DNA of 64,000 nt. It comes from an uncultured Candidatus Saccharibacteria bacterium (GTDB lineage Bacteria > Patescibacteriota > Minisyncoccia > Phycocordibacterales > JACOZG01). Below the pieces are notes generated by a model, which was given only the letters and a program-made list of their open reading frames with translations, did not search any database and had not been told where the DNA came from. How positions within the stretch are numbered: position 1 is the first letter of the stretch; each line of letters begins with the position of its first letter. The stretch is from the NCBI GenBank assembly GCA_965230925.1, contig OZ246403.1, forward strand, positions 68,360-132,359, written 5' to 3'. Both the position numbers and the translations under genes were made by a program. Of this stretch, positions 47,200 to 56,696 are shown piece after piece.

Positions 47200-47238
47200 C
47201 TGGTAGCCCCCAAGCACCCCATCCGTTATAATGGAGGG

Positions 47239-48459
47239 GTGTTTTTGGTTCAAGTGTTGCAACTAACTCTCGAAACCCTCGTCAACGGATTTTTCCAGAC
47301 GAGTGTGATCTGGCTTCCGTTTGGTCTTGGCGGTATCACCTGGACTCTCTGGTACCGCTACAAGCAAGCGCAATACATTAATGCCACCGCTTGGGTATTG
47401 TTAGAAATTAAAATTCCGAAAATCATTGATAAATCACCGCAAGCGATGGAGATGGTGATGGGAATTTTTCATCAGACTTGGCAGGGGAATTGGCTGAATC
47501 GCTTCACCCAAGGTATTGTCCGCGGCTGGTTCTCTTTAGAACTGGTGTCGTTTGGTGGTGAACTTCATTTTTATATCCGAGCACCAAAATTCTTCCGTAG
47601 CATTGTGGAAGCGCAAATTTATTCGCAATATCCTGAGGTTGAGATTTACCAAGCAGATGATTACGTAACCAAGGTAGACCTAAACTCGCCAGGAAGCGCT
47701 CTCGATATTTGGGGTGGGGAGTGGCAGTTGAGCAAAGATGATCCTTATCCGATAAAAACCTATCTCGATTACAAGCTCGATGAGAATCCCGATGAGGAAT
47801 TCAAAATTGATCCGATTACGCCTCTGATTGAGTTCTTTGGTTCCATTAAGCCCACCGAGCAACTCTGGATGCAGGTCTTGATCCAAGCTACCAAGGATCG
47901 CTATCCGGATCCAAAAACCTGGTTTGGCAAAAGAGATTGGAAGGCAGAAGGAAAAGACTTGATTGAGAAGCTGATGAAGCGTGATAAGCAACCTAAACCC
48001 GATGAACCGCTGCGCTTAGAAATTCTCTCACCGGGCGAGCGCGAGGCCGTGGCCGCCGTGGAGCGCAGTATCTCCAAGCTCGGCTTCGACTGCGGTATGC
48101 GCACCATTTATCTTGGACCTAAAGACAAATTTGATCCCGTGAAGCCGGTGGGTCTCCGCGGATGTATGCGCCAATTTAGCTCGCAGCACTTAAATGGTTT
48201 CAAGGTGAAAAAAGACACGACCGTGGACTTCCCGTGGCAAGACTTCCGTGGCATCCGGGTAGCGTATAAGAAGAAAAAAATGTTTAAAGCCTATGCCTTG
48301 CGCGGTTGGTTCTACGAGCCCTTCAAGCGCAAACCTTTCGTGCTGAACACTGAGGAGCTTGCTACCATTTACCACTTCCCTGGCGCGGTGGCGCGCACGC
48401 CGACCCTCGAGAAAATCGAGTCGAAGAAGGGCGAGGCGCCAATCAATTTACCTTTATAA
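47239..48459 (+). CDS. Conserved CPR membrane-anchored hypothetical protein
   Basis: N-terminal TM; LLEIKIP, FSLEL, SQYP, YPIKTY, LNTEELATIYHFP, P.NLP. Confidence 0.8.
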   Translation: MFLVQVLQLTLETLVNGFFQTSVIWLPFGLGGITWTLWYRYKQAQYINATAWVLLEIKIPKIIDKSPQAMEMVMGIFHQTWQGNWLNRFTQGIVRGWFSLELVSFGGELHFYIRAPKFFRSIVEAQIYSQYPEVEIYQADDYVTKVDLNSPGSALDIWGGEWQLSKDDPYPIKTYLDYKLDENPDEEFKIDPITPLIEFFGSIKPTEQLWMQVLIQATKDRYPDPKTWFGKRDWKAEGKDLIEKLMKRDKQPKPDEPLRLEILSPGEREAVAAVERSISKLGFDCGMRTIYLGPKDKFDPVKPVGLRGCMRQFSSQHLNGFKVKKDTTVDFPWQDFRGIRVAYKKKKMFKAYALRGWFYEPFKRKPFVLNTEELATIYHFPGAVARTPTLEKIESKKGEAPINLPL

Positions 48460-48462
48460 ATC

Positions 48463-49416
48463 ATGAAGAAAAAAAGAAAGATTATTCTTATCTCACTAGC
48501 GATTGTGGTCTTTATTATCGGCTGGACTGCGATTTTACTTGTCTTGCCACCGAGCGACTTCCCACTTGAAAAAACAGTAAAGATTGAAGCTGGTCTTAAC
48601 CTGGATGAGATTGCGACCAAACTTACCAGCGAGCGATTGATAAGGAGCGAACGGGTTTTTAAATTCCTGGTGTATCTTGGCGGTACGGCGCGAGTGATCC
48701 CGGCGGGGGATTATTTCTTCCCCAAAAAGGCCAGTGCTTTCAGCGTAGCTAAGCGCTTCGGCAATGGTATTTTTAATCTCAACCTCGCCAAGATTACAAT
48801 TCCGGAGGGTGCGACGGCTAAAGAAATTGGAGTGTTAATTAAACGCAAAATTAAAGAATTTGATATCGAGAACTTCAATTTACTCGCCACGCCACTTGAG
48901 GGCTACCTTTTCCCCGACACCTACTTCTTCTCACCCAAGATCACTCCCGCCGAAGCCGTGGAATATCTCCACAGTAATTTCAAAAATCAAACCGCGAGCG
49001 CCCTAGAAGCGGTTAAAAAATCAGGGAGAACTCTCGAAGAAATTATTACCATGGCCGCGCTTCTTGAGGAAGAAGCCAAAACCACCGACTCGCGGCGCAT
49101 TATTTCAGGGATTCTCTGGAAGCGGATCGATGATGATATGTTGCTCCAAGTAGACGCTGTTTTCCCTTACATTATTAATAAAAACACTTTTGAGGTCACG
49201 CGGAAAGATCTCCAAACAGACTCGCCGTACAATACGTATAAATATAAAGGCCTTCCGGCTGGGCCAATTACCAACCCTGGTCTCGACGCCATTCTGGCGG
49301 CCGCTGAGCCCCTAGAATCGCCCTATTGGTTCTATCTTTCTGACCATTCTGGTAGGATGCACTACGCTATTGATTACGATCAACACAAAAAAAATAAAGC
49401 CCAATATCTGAACTAG
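48463..49416 (+). CDS. mltG: Endolytic murein transglycosylase
   Basis: TIPEG, EGYLFPDTY, LQVDA, SPYNTY...GLP.GPI.NPG. Confidence 0.95.
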   Translation: MKKKRKIILISLAIVVFIIGWTAILLVLPPSDFPLEKTVKIEAGLNLDEIATKLTSERLIRSERVFKFLVYLGGTARVIPAGDYFFPKKASAFSVAKRFGNGIFNLNLAKITIPEGATAKEIGVLIKRKIKEFDIENFNLLATPLEGYLFPDTYFFSPKITPAEAVEYLHSNFKNQTASALEAVKKSGRTLEEIITMAALLEEEAKTTDSRRIISGILWKRIDDDMLLQVDAVFPYIINKNTFEVTRKDLQTDSPYNTYKYKGLPAGPITNPGLDAILAAAEPLESPYWFYLSDHSGRMHYAIDYDQHKKNKAQYLN

Positions 49417-49971
49417 ATGAAAAAACACGACCTTGCCTTCATCGACCTGGAAACCACCGGGTTCAACCCTGACCAACACGAGATCATTGAGCTCGGCTGT
49501 CTCATTGCGCGACAAGTGCCACAAAACAACGGCCGCGGGCCCAAGGTTGAGCTTGTCGATGAGTTTGAATTCAAAATTAAACCAACACACATTGAGACCG
49601 CTGACCCCGGCGCCTTTGCGAAAAATGGCTACAATGATGCTGATTGGCTCTTCGCCATTGATCTCAAGAGTGCACTCGAACAAGTATCTAAGAAAGCGGA
49701 GGGTGCCTCCATGGTGGGGCATAACGTGACCTTCGACTGGAACTTCCTCAACAAGGCATTTAATACGACTGGCGTGGCAAATAAAATGCATTATCATCGC
49801 ATCGACACCATGTCGATGGCCTTCGCCAAACTTTATCACAATGAACGGGCGCAATACTTCAGTCTCCAGGCGCTCTGCGAACTCTTCGATATCAAAAATG
49901 ATCGCGCCCACACCGCGCTCTCCGATATCCGCGCCACCTTCGAGCTCTACAAAAAGTTGTTAGAGATTTGA
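49417..49971 (+). CDS. DEDDh 3'-5' exonuclease (DnaQ-like)
   Basis: DLETTG, GHNV.FD, HTALSD. Confidence 0.9.
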   Translation: MKKHDLAFIDLETTGFNPDQHEIIELGCLIARQVPQNNGRGPKVELVDEFEFKIKPTHIETADPGAFAKNGYNDADWLFAIDLKSALEQVSKKAEGASMVGHNVTFDWNFLNKAFNTTGVANKMHYHRIDTMSMAFAKLYHNERAQYFSLQALCELFDIKNDRAHTALSDIRATFELYKKLLEI

Positions 49972-50055
49972 CAAAATTATAGATAAAATGTAGTATCTCC
50001 ACTGGATTGTACTCGGAGCGTAAACCGATACACCTTGAAATTAAGGAGATTAGCC

Positions 50056-50286
50056 ATGGCAAACCACAAGGCCTTGAGTTTAGACCTGCAACAAAAGGTC
50101 CAACTACTCCCAAAAGACTGTCTCGAAGCCCTAAGGCTCTTCACTACAATGATTGAGGGTCAGTTGCTACCGGAAGACGGCAAGGTGTTTACTCAACACC
50201 TCGCCCAATGCAAGAGGGGCTGCCACCGAACGTTCAGGATAATCAACGGTCACATCAACCTGGTTATTAAGGGGAATGAATCATGA
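50056..50286 (+). CDS. Small zf-HC2 (anti-sigma-like) zinc-finger protein
   Basis: AAGGAG SD; C...L...EGQL...HLAQCKRGC. Confidence 0.55.
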   Translation: MANHKALSLDLQQKVQLLPKDCLEALRLFTTMIEGQLLPEDGKVFTQHLAQCKRGCHRTFRIINGHINLVIKGNES

Positions 50287-50690
50287 AAAAGTTGAATCCG
50301 GTCCAACTGTTTGTTTTGATCCTTATCCTTACATTTGATCTAGTCCTGGTCAGTGGCTGCAGTCACAAGAAGTCTCCATGGAAAGAACACGAGTTATTTC
50401 CACCCACCCCGACGGTGATTGAACCGGGATCAGGAAAGTGGCTCGGACCACCGGAAGAAAAATCGTTTCGGTTCTTGAACTACAAGGACTTTGACGGTGT
50501 GATGATGGCTTGCTTTAGCGCGCCGGGCAGTATCACCTTCCACCAAGGGGTTCTAAGTAGCAACTCTTCTCTGGGCGCCCACAATATCTGCCTCAGTCGA
50601 GAAGCTCTTGTAAAACGCTTGAAGGACAGGGACGAAGGAGATCTTCATCGCGGTGAAACCCTACGCGCCCTATGGAGCTGGCCGAAATGA
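50283..50690 (+). CDS. Orphan lipoprotein
   Basis: Lipobox LVSGC; ATGA overlap; terminator 50716-50756. Confidence 0.65.
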   Translation: MKKLNPVQLFVLILILTFDLVLVSGCSHKKSPWKEHELFPPTPTVIEPGSGKWLGPPEEKSFRFLNYKDFDGVMMACFSAPGSITFHQGVLSSNSSLGAHNICLSREALVKRLKDRDEGDLHRGETLRALWSWPK

Positions 50691-50753
50691 CTTCCGCGCC
50701 GACAAACGCAATATCGAAACGCACGACTTTAACCGGTCGTGCGTCTTCTTTTT

Positions 50754-51524
50754 TTATTCTAACCACAAGAGGCCAAACATCAGAAGGATACCGAGAACGA
50801 GAGCGAGAAATTGGGCGAGTGAGCGGCGAGGGTCAGTAGTTTTATGAAGCTCAGGAACAAGATCAGAGCCAGCAATGTAGAGAAAGCCGCCAGCAGTGAA
50901 GGCGAGGAGAACGGGGATTAGACCTTCAATTTTTGAACTTAGGAGCAAGGCAAGAATTGTGCCAATAATGGCAAGAGCGGCCGAGAGTAAGTTAAAAAGC
51001 AAAGCCTTTTTCTTAGTAAATCCAGCGTGCAAGAGAATGCCGAAGTCGCCGATTTCTTGCGGGATCTCATGGAGAATCACGGCAAGAGTGGTGGCAAAAC
51101 CGAGCGCCGGCGAAGCAAGAAAACTAATCCCAATAATCACCCCGTCGATGAAATTATGGAGCCCATCAGAAATTAAATTAAGATGACCCACCGGATGCAC
51201 CTGCGCGTGATGATCACTCTCTTCGACTGAAACATCAATCGCGTGATGATGGTGCCAATGAAGAAATTTCTCGAGAATAAAGAAAACCAAAATCCCAGCG
51301 AGGATAGCAACAGAAAGGGTAGTGGGATTCATTGCCTCTTCGAAGATCTCCGGCAAGAGGTGTAGAGCGACGTCGCCAAAAAGCGCTCCAGCTGCCAGAG
51401 CCACCAAGAGAAAAACTGCCTTTTTCAGCCGTTCGGCATTGATGGCGAGGGTGAAGGCTCCAACGAGCGAAGCGAGGCTAACCGCAACCACGCTCGCAAT
51501 AGCATAGAGATAAATAGTAATCAT
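50754..51524 (-). CDS. ZIP-family zinc transporter
   Basis: HWHHHH loop; HNFIDG; HEIPQEIGD. Confidence 0.93.
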   Translation of the reverse strand: MITIYLYAIASVVAVSLASLVGAFTLAINAERLKKAVFLLVALAAGALFGDVALHLLPEIFEEAMNPTTLSVAILAGILVFFILEKFLHWHHHHAIDVSVEESDHHAQVHPVGHLNLISDGLHNFIDGVIIGISFLASPALGFATTLAVILHEIPQEIGDFGILLHAGFTKKKALLFNLLSAALAIIGTILALLLSSKIEGLIPVLLAFTAGGFLYIAGSDLVPELHKTTDPRRSLAQFLALVLGILLMFGLLWLE

Positions 51525-52207
51525 AAATTAATTTGTATACCTAAAATGTGGCTCAACCACAACGTTAAAAACTACTTACAGCCTATCACATCCTCATAAC
51601 GCTTGACAAGTTTTACACTTCGTGTAGAGTATTGGGCGTGGAAGCTGGTTCGTTAGGGATTAGAACAAAGATTCTATTCCCGCCAGCAGGGTCCACTTAG
51701 TACATTTTATTCAGGAGAAACAGTCATGGACAGATCACCCAGCAGGACGCGTGGGCGTCCGGAAACCACCCAATTTTCTCGCTTTAGCAAGAAGAATGTC
51801 CAGATCCGCAGCACGCACAAGTTCTCGCGATTCACTCGCGACTGATCGACGCGCGACGGCGCACACATAGCCGCCCATCTCAATAGGGCATGGAAAACGA
51901 GATCGGCGGCAAAAGCGGCGAAGAGGGAAGAAGCAGGTGCTAGGGGAAAAGAAGCTGAGCGAGATGGCGCAGGCCGTCGCTGTAGCAACTGGTCGCCGCG
52001 ACAGAGACGACGACCAGAACCCAAGAAAGGAGTAATGACTCATGACGAGGTCAGGAAGACCGCCTCCGAAATAAATTCGCTGCTCGAGCCAAAAAAGGTC
52101 CCCTCCTTTTACGCGCAGCGATCGAACCAAGGCCGGTAGAAGTACACGCAAACACGTACTTTCACCGGCCTTTCATTTTATCTAAATCTTGTGCTAAGTT
52201 AATTTTA

Positions 52208-53311
52208 ATGATGAAAAACAAAGGCTTGTCTCGCCAAAGTGGAACGAAGGCGGAGCGGGTGGTAGTGGCCATGTCGGGCGGGGTGGATAGCTCGGTGGCG
52301 GCAGTGCTCTTAAAAAAAGAGGGCTATGAGGTCGTGGGTGCGTTTATAAAAGTATGGGAGGCTCCTAAAGAATGGGCTGGAGTTACCGGTGTGTGTAATT
52401 GGCGCGAAGAACGGCGTTGGGCTATGCGCGCGGCAGCCAAACTCGAGATTCCGCTCATCACATTCGATCTGAGTGAAGAATATAAAAAGGGGGTGGTGGA
52501 TTATATGGTAAGCGAATATCGCGCCGGTCGGACGCCGAACCCGGACGTAATGTGTAATAAAGAAATTAAGTTCGGGGCCTTCTGGCGTGCAGCGGAGAAA
52601 AAACTGAAAGCAGATTTTATTGCGACCGGACACTATGCAATTACTAAAGACGGCAAACTCCACAAAGCGAAAGATAAAACTAAAGAGCAGAGTTACTTCT
52701 TGTGGGCAATCGAACCAGAACTGCTCCCGAAAATCATGTTCCCGATTGGTAATTTGAAGAAAACAGAGGTGAGAAAACTCGCGAAGAAATTTGATTTACC
52801 CAATGACGTGAAGCCAGACAGTCAAGGCCTCTGTTTCATTGGTAAAGTTGATTTTAAAGACTTTTTGAAAAATTTTATTACAGAAAAACCAGGAAAAGCG
52901 CTCAATGATAAAGGAGAAACGATTGGCGAGCACCCGGGGGCACTCTTCTTTACCCTCGGCGAGCGCCATGGCTTCACGATCACGAAACAATCGCCGAGTG
53001 AGGCGCGTCACTATGTGATTGCAAAGGATTTGGCAAAAAACACTATTACTGTTTCTAACAAAAAGCAGGCTAAGTCGCATGACTTGAAAACACTTACGCT
53101 TATCCACACCAACTGGCTAATTACTCCAAAACCAAACAAGATTTATAAAGCCCAAATTCGCTATCATGGCACTGAATATCCTTGCCAATTAGAACAAAAT
53201 GGTGATGTCTGGCAAGCAATTTTTACCAAATCGCCGGACTTCGCTACGCCAGGCCAATCGCTTGTTCTCTATGACAAAAAAGTTTGCCTGGGTGGCGGCG
53301 TGATTGCGTAA
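52208..53311 (+). CDS. mnmA: tRNA 2-thiouridylase
   Basis: AMSGGVDS, TPNPDVMCN, ATGHY, DSQGLCF, PGQ. Confidence 0.96.
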   Translation: MMKNKGLSRQSGTKAERVVVAMSGGVDSSVAAVLLKKEGYEVVGAFIKVWEAPKEWAGVTGVCNWREERRWAMRAAAKLEIPLITFDLSEEYKKGVVDYMVSEYRAGRTPNPDVMCNKEIKFGAFWRAAEKKLKADFIATGHYAITKDGKLHKAKDKTKEQSYFLWAIEPELLPKIMFPIGNLKKTEVRKLAKKFDLPNDVKPDSQGLCFIGKVDFKDFLKNFITEKPGKALNDKGETIGEHPGALFFTLGERHGFTITKQSPSEARHYVIAKDLAKNTITVSNKKQAKSHDLKTLTLIHTNWLITPKPNKIYKAQIRYHGTEYPCQLEQNGDVWQAIFTKSPDFATPGQSLVLYDKKVCLGGGVIA

Positions 53312-53374
53312 ATCTAAATAAAACACTAAACTAAGCCTCAGCTAGGGGTCTTTCCAGAAAGGAGTGTGGAGGCT

Positions 53375-53791
53375 ATGAGAGCAAAGGGGCGCGTCGTCCT
53401 TTTCGTCCTGGATCAAGAATCTGAAAACAAACTAGTTGTTGAACAAACTCTTCCTAAGATTGAAGCTGACGGCTTCACTTGCCAAATGCACGGGTTTAAT
53501 ACGCTGAGCGCGGTGACTGATCAAGACTTGGCGACACTTGTCGTGGTTCTCTCTAACCCAGAAACCACAATTGGGACAGAATTATCCACCCTCATTACAA
53601 AACAACACGAGTTAGGGGTACCAATTATTTTGTGGAAGCGTCATCCTGGGTGCTTAGATCAACTACCAGCACCAGTAAAACTACTCTTGCGTCCGCAAAA
53701 ACCGGGTGATTCTGGTGGCCCTGGATGTTCTTCTGTTGGTGGAGAAATTCTTGCAATTGCTTACCCAGAGCGGGTTGCGCCAAGAGCATAA
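53375..53791 (+). CDS. Orphan alpha/beta protein
   Basis: GGAGG SD; terminator ~53830-53869. Confidence 0.55.
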   Translation: MRAKGRVVLFVLDQESENKLVVEQTLPKIEADGFTCQMHGFNTLSAVTDQDLATLVVVLSNPETTIGTELSTLITKQHELGVPIILWKRHPGCLDQLPAPVKLLLRPQKPGDSGGPGCSSVGGEILAIAYPERVAPRA

Positions 53792-53898
53792 AACATCCGT
53801 CAGTTCCTCACCCCAGGAGAAAGGGGTAAACGCCTCCACGGCTACGGTCGTGGAGGCAACATTTTTTTTGGCCTAAAATCATGGTAGAATCGCCAAAT

Positions 53899-55548
53899 AT
53901 GAGTTCGGCCGAGATTCGCGAACAATTTCTTAAATTCTTCGAAGCGCGCGGGCACAAAATTGTTCCCTCGTCTTCCTTAGTGCCCGAGAATGATCCGTCG
54001 GTGCTCCTAACTTCAGCCGGAATGCAACAGTTTAAGCCCTATTTCACCGGCGCGGCTAATGCCGAACAAGATTTCGGTTCCAAAAACACTTGTTCGGTCC
54101 AAAAATGTTTTCGGACTTCAGATATTGAAGAAGTGGGGGATGAGCGTCACTTAACTTTCTTCGAGATGCTCGGGAATTTTTCTTTCGGCGGCTATTTTAA
54201 AGAAGGCGCAATCCAACTCGCGCATGAATTTATTACAAAGGAGCTTAATTTGCCAATTTCTTACGTCACAATTTTTAAAGGGTCGAACGAAGTGCCAAAG
54301 GATGAGGAGTCCCGCGCAATTTGGCAAAAGCTCGGCGTGCAAGATGTCCGCGAAGAAGGAATGGAAGATGTTTTCTGGGGTCCAACGGGAACTGAAGGCC
54401 CCTGTGGACCAACAACGGAAATTTATTGTAAGAACGCGGCTGGGCAAGATATTGAAGTCTGGAATCTAGTTTTTAATCAATTTTATTATCCCGGGACGCG
54501 AGAAGAACTACTGGCTGGTGCGCCGGGTAAAAACTTGCGCCCACTTGAAACCCCCGGTGTAGACACCGGCATGGGACTTGAGCGCTTGGTGATGATTGCC
54601 CAAAAAACACCCACAATCTTTGAAACTGATTTGTTCAAACCATTAATCGAAATTACGGACAAAAACTTATCAGAAACCAAAAAGAGAATACTTGCTGATC
54701 ACGCGCGCGCTATTAGCCACCTCATCACCGATGGAGTGCGCCCAAACAACAAAGGTGCGGGCTATATTTTGCGACGACTAATTCGGCGAATGATTAGTTT
54801 CGGTCAAAGCACTAATTTACAAAACTTACTTGCCCTAGTAACAGAAAACCCGGTGGTAATTGATGAGTTTAATAAAGAGAAAGAAACTTTTACCAAAGCG
54901 ATGGAAAGCGGCAAGCGAGAACTTGAAAAAATAAGTGACCTTGGCGCCGCCCAAGCCTTCCAACTCTACGAAACATACGGCTTACCCTTCGAATTAATTC
55001 AAGAAAAGTCCCCGTCATTGAAAAAAGCTGATTTTGAGGCGGAATTTAAGAAACATCAGGAGGTGTCGCGTGCGGGATTAGAGAAGAAGTTTGCTGGTGG
55101 CTTGGCTGATCATGAACCGGCCACGATTAAACTCCACACTGCGCACCATTTACTCTTAGCCGCACTAAAACAGGTGCTCGGGCCAGAAGTGAAGCAAAAG
55201 GGGAGTAATATTACCCAAGAACGCTTGCGGCTTGATTTCTCTTGGCCAGAAAAGATGACGGATGAACAGAAAAAACAAGTGGAAGAAATCGTGAACGAAA
55301 AAATTAAAGCAGCTTTGCCCGTGGAAAGGCGAGAAATGCCGAAAGTTGAAGCCGAAAAACTAGGCGCCGAGATGGAATTTGGCGCAAAGTATGGCGAAAC
55401 AGTTTCTGTTTATCTAATAGGAGATTTTAGTAAGGAATTCTGCGGCGGGCCTCATGTCTCTAACACTAGCGAACTTGGCACTTTCAAAATTCTGAAAGAA
55501 GAAGCCGTGGCAGCCGGCGTGCGGCGCATAAAAGCAGTTGTGATATAA
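53899..55548 (+). CDS. alaS: Alanine--tRNA ligase, short form lacking C-Ala
   Basis: AGMQQFKP, HLTFFEMLGNFS, DTGMGLER, HTAHHLL, CGGPH; ATG 8 nt after TGgTAGAAT. Confidence 0.96.
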   Translation: MSSAEIREQFLKFFEARGHKIVPSSSLVPENDPSVLLTSAGMQQFKPYFTGAANAEQDFGSKNTCSVQKCFRTSDIEEVGDERHLTFFEMLGNFSFGGYFKEGAIQLAHEFITKELNLPISYVTIFKGSNEVPKDEESRAIWQKLGVQDVREEGMEDVFWGPTGTEGPCGPTTEIYCKNAAGQDIEVWNLVFNQFYYPGTREELLAGAPGKNLRPLETPGVDTGMGLERLVMIAQKTPTIFETDLFKPLIEITDKNLSETKKRILADHARAISHLITDGVRPNNKGAGYILRRLIRRMISFGQSTNLQNLLALVTENPVVIDEFNKEKETFTKAMESGKRELEKISDLGAAQAFQLYETYGLPFELIQEKSPSLKKADFEAEFKKHQEVSRAGLEKKFAGGLADHEPATIKLHTAHHLLLAALKQVLGPEVKQKGSNITQERLRLDFSWPEKMTDEQKKQVEEIVNEKIKAALPVERREMPKVEAEKLGAEMEFGAKYGETVSVYLIGDFSKEFCGGPHVSNTSELGTFKILKEEAVAAGVRRIKAVVI

Positions 55549-55556
55549 TTTCGGGC

Positions 55557-56693
55557 ATGAAAAGTTCGCCTGTGGCGATTCTCGACATTGGGAGTGACCG
55601 CGTGCTCGGCGGCGTACTCACGCGAGGAACAAAAGAAGACAAAAAGCCTTTTCTCAATTATCTCTTTACAACGAAAAAGGAATTACCGTATCAAGAAAAT
55701 CTCGACCCGGCGCGACTCTTAAACGAAAGCTTAACCGCCGCCAAACAGGTTATCGAGGAACTAGCTGCGAGCAAGACAAAACCCGAGCAAACATATTGTT
55801 TTCTTTCTTCACCCTTCTATGCCTCGCAAACCCGGATCGCTAAACTGCAAAAAGACGCGGCGTTTAATGTAACAAGTAAACTCCTCGGGGATCTCGTTAG
55901 AACGGAAGCTGAAAAATTTAAACAAACTGGAGCCCGGCTTCTAGACCAGAAGGTTATGCAGACGAAGTTAAATCGTTATGTGACGACCAAACCAGAGCGC
56001 AAAAAGGCAAAAGAGCTTGAATTAGACCTCTTTTTCAGCCAAGGCGAAGACACGATTATTAAACAATTGGAAGAAATGATTCGTGGGCGATTGCATCACC
56101 GACGGCCGGAGTTCCATGCTGGCACATTGACCTTCTTTTCTGCTATTCGCGACCTTAAACCTGAGCGACCGAGCGCTCTAATTCTCCACGTAAGCGGCGA
56201 GATCACTGAGCTCTCACTCTTTAGCGATCGAGTGCTGGCCGAAACCGTGTCTTACCCCATTGGCTATAATTTTCTGATTCGAGAACTTACCACCCGTCTT
56301 GGTTCACCAGCGGCCGAAGTTCTGTCTCGACTCAAACTCCACCTCGCTGGCGATGCAAAAGAAACCGAAAATGAAAAAATGACCGAGATGGTGGGGGAAT
56401 TTGGCGTCCGCTTCCTCACCGCGGTAAAGGAAATGCTTCGCACCCTAGGAGAAAATCACTTTTTACCCGGCGAAATTTTCTTAATTCTCGATAATCGTTT
56501 CGTGCCAATATTTGAACAGTGGCTCAAAGGGGCTGATCTCGCCGCTACCGGTATTATGCGTAAGAACCTTGCCATAACCATTTTAGAAAATAATCTCTGG
56601 GCTGACTGGCAACCGTCAGACGTAAATGCCGTTATCCCCGACGTTGCCCTTATCTTGGATGGAATATTTTATGCTAAAATAGCTGACAACTAA
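55557..56693 (+). CDS. Divergent FtsA/PilM-like actin-fold protein
   Basis: ILDIGS start; LILHVSGEITEL second phosphate loop; conserved CPR context. Confidence 0.65.
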   Translation: MKSSPVAILDIGSDRVLGGVLTRGTKEDKKPFLNYLFTTKKELPYQENLDPARLLNESLTAAKQVIEELAASKTKPEQTYCFLSSPFYASQTRIAKLQKDAAFNVTSKLLGDLVRTEAEKFKQTGARLLDQKVMQTKLNRYVTTKPERKKAKELELDLFFSQGEDTIIKQLEEMIRGRLHHRRPEFHAGTLTFFSAIRDLKPERPSALILHVSGEITELSLFSDRVLAETVSYPIGYNFLIRELTTRLGSPAAEVLSRLKLHLAGDAKETENEKMTEMVGEFGVRFLTAVKEMLRTLGENHFLPGEIFLILDNRFVPIFEQWLKGADLAATGIMRKNLAITILENNLWADWQPSDVNAVIPDVALILDGIFYAKIADN

Positions 56694-56696
56694 GCA

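Noticed and set aside
46243-47262. 339-aa minus-strand ORF
   Set aside because: Antisense shadow of the well-supported + strand gene; explained by codon bias; no motifs.
51707-52151. Minus-strand ORFs of 105 and 138 aa
   Set aside because: Promoter, SD and terminator signals point to the + strand; translations look non-coding.
53100-53108. TTATCCACA inside mnmA; possible oriC from DnaA boxes
   Set aside because: Single coding-region match; no box cluster and no dnaA/dnaN in the window.
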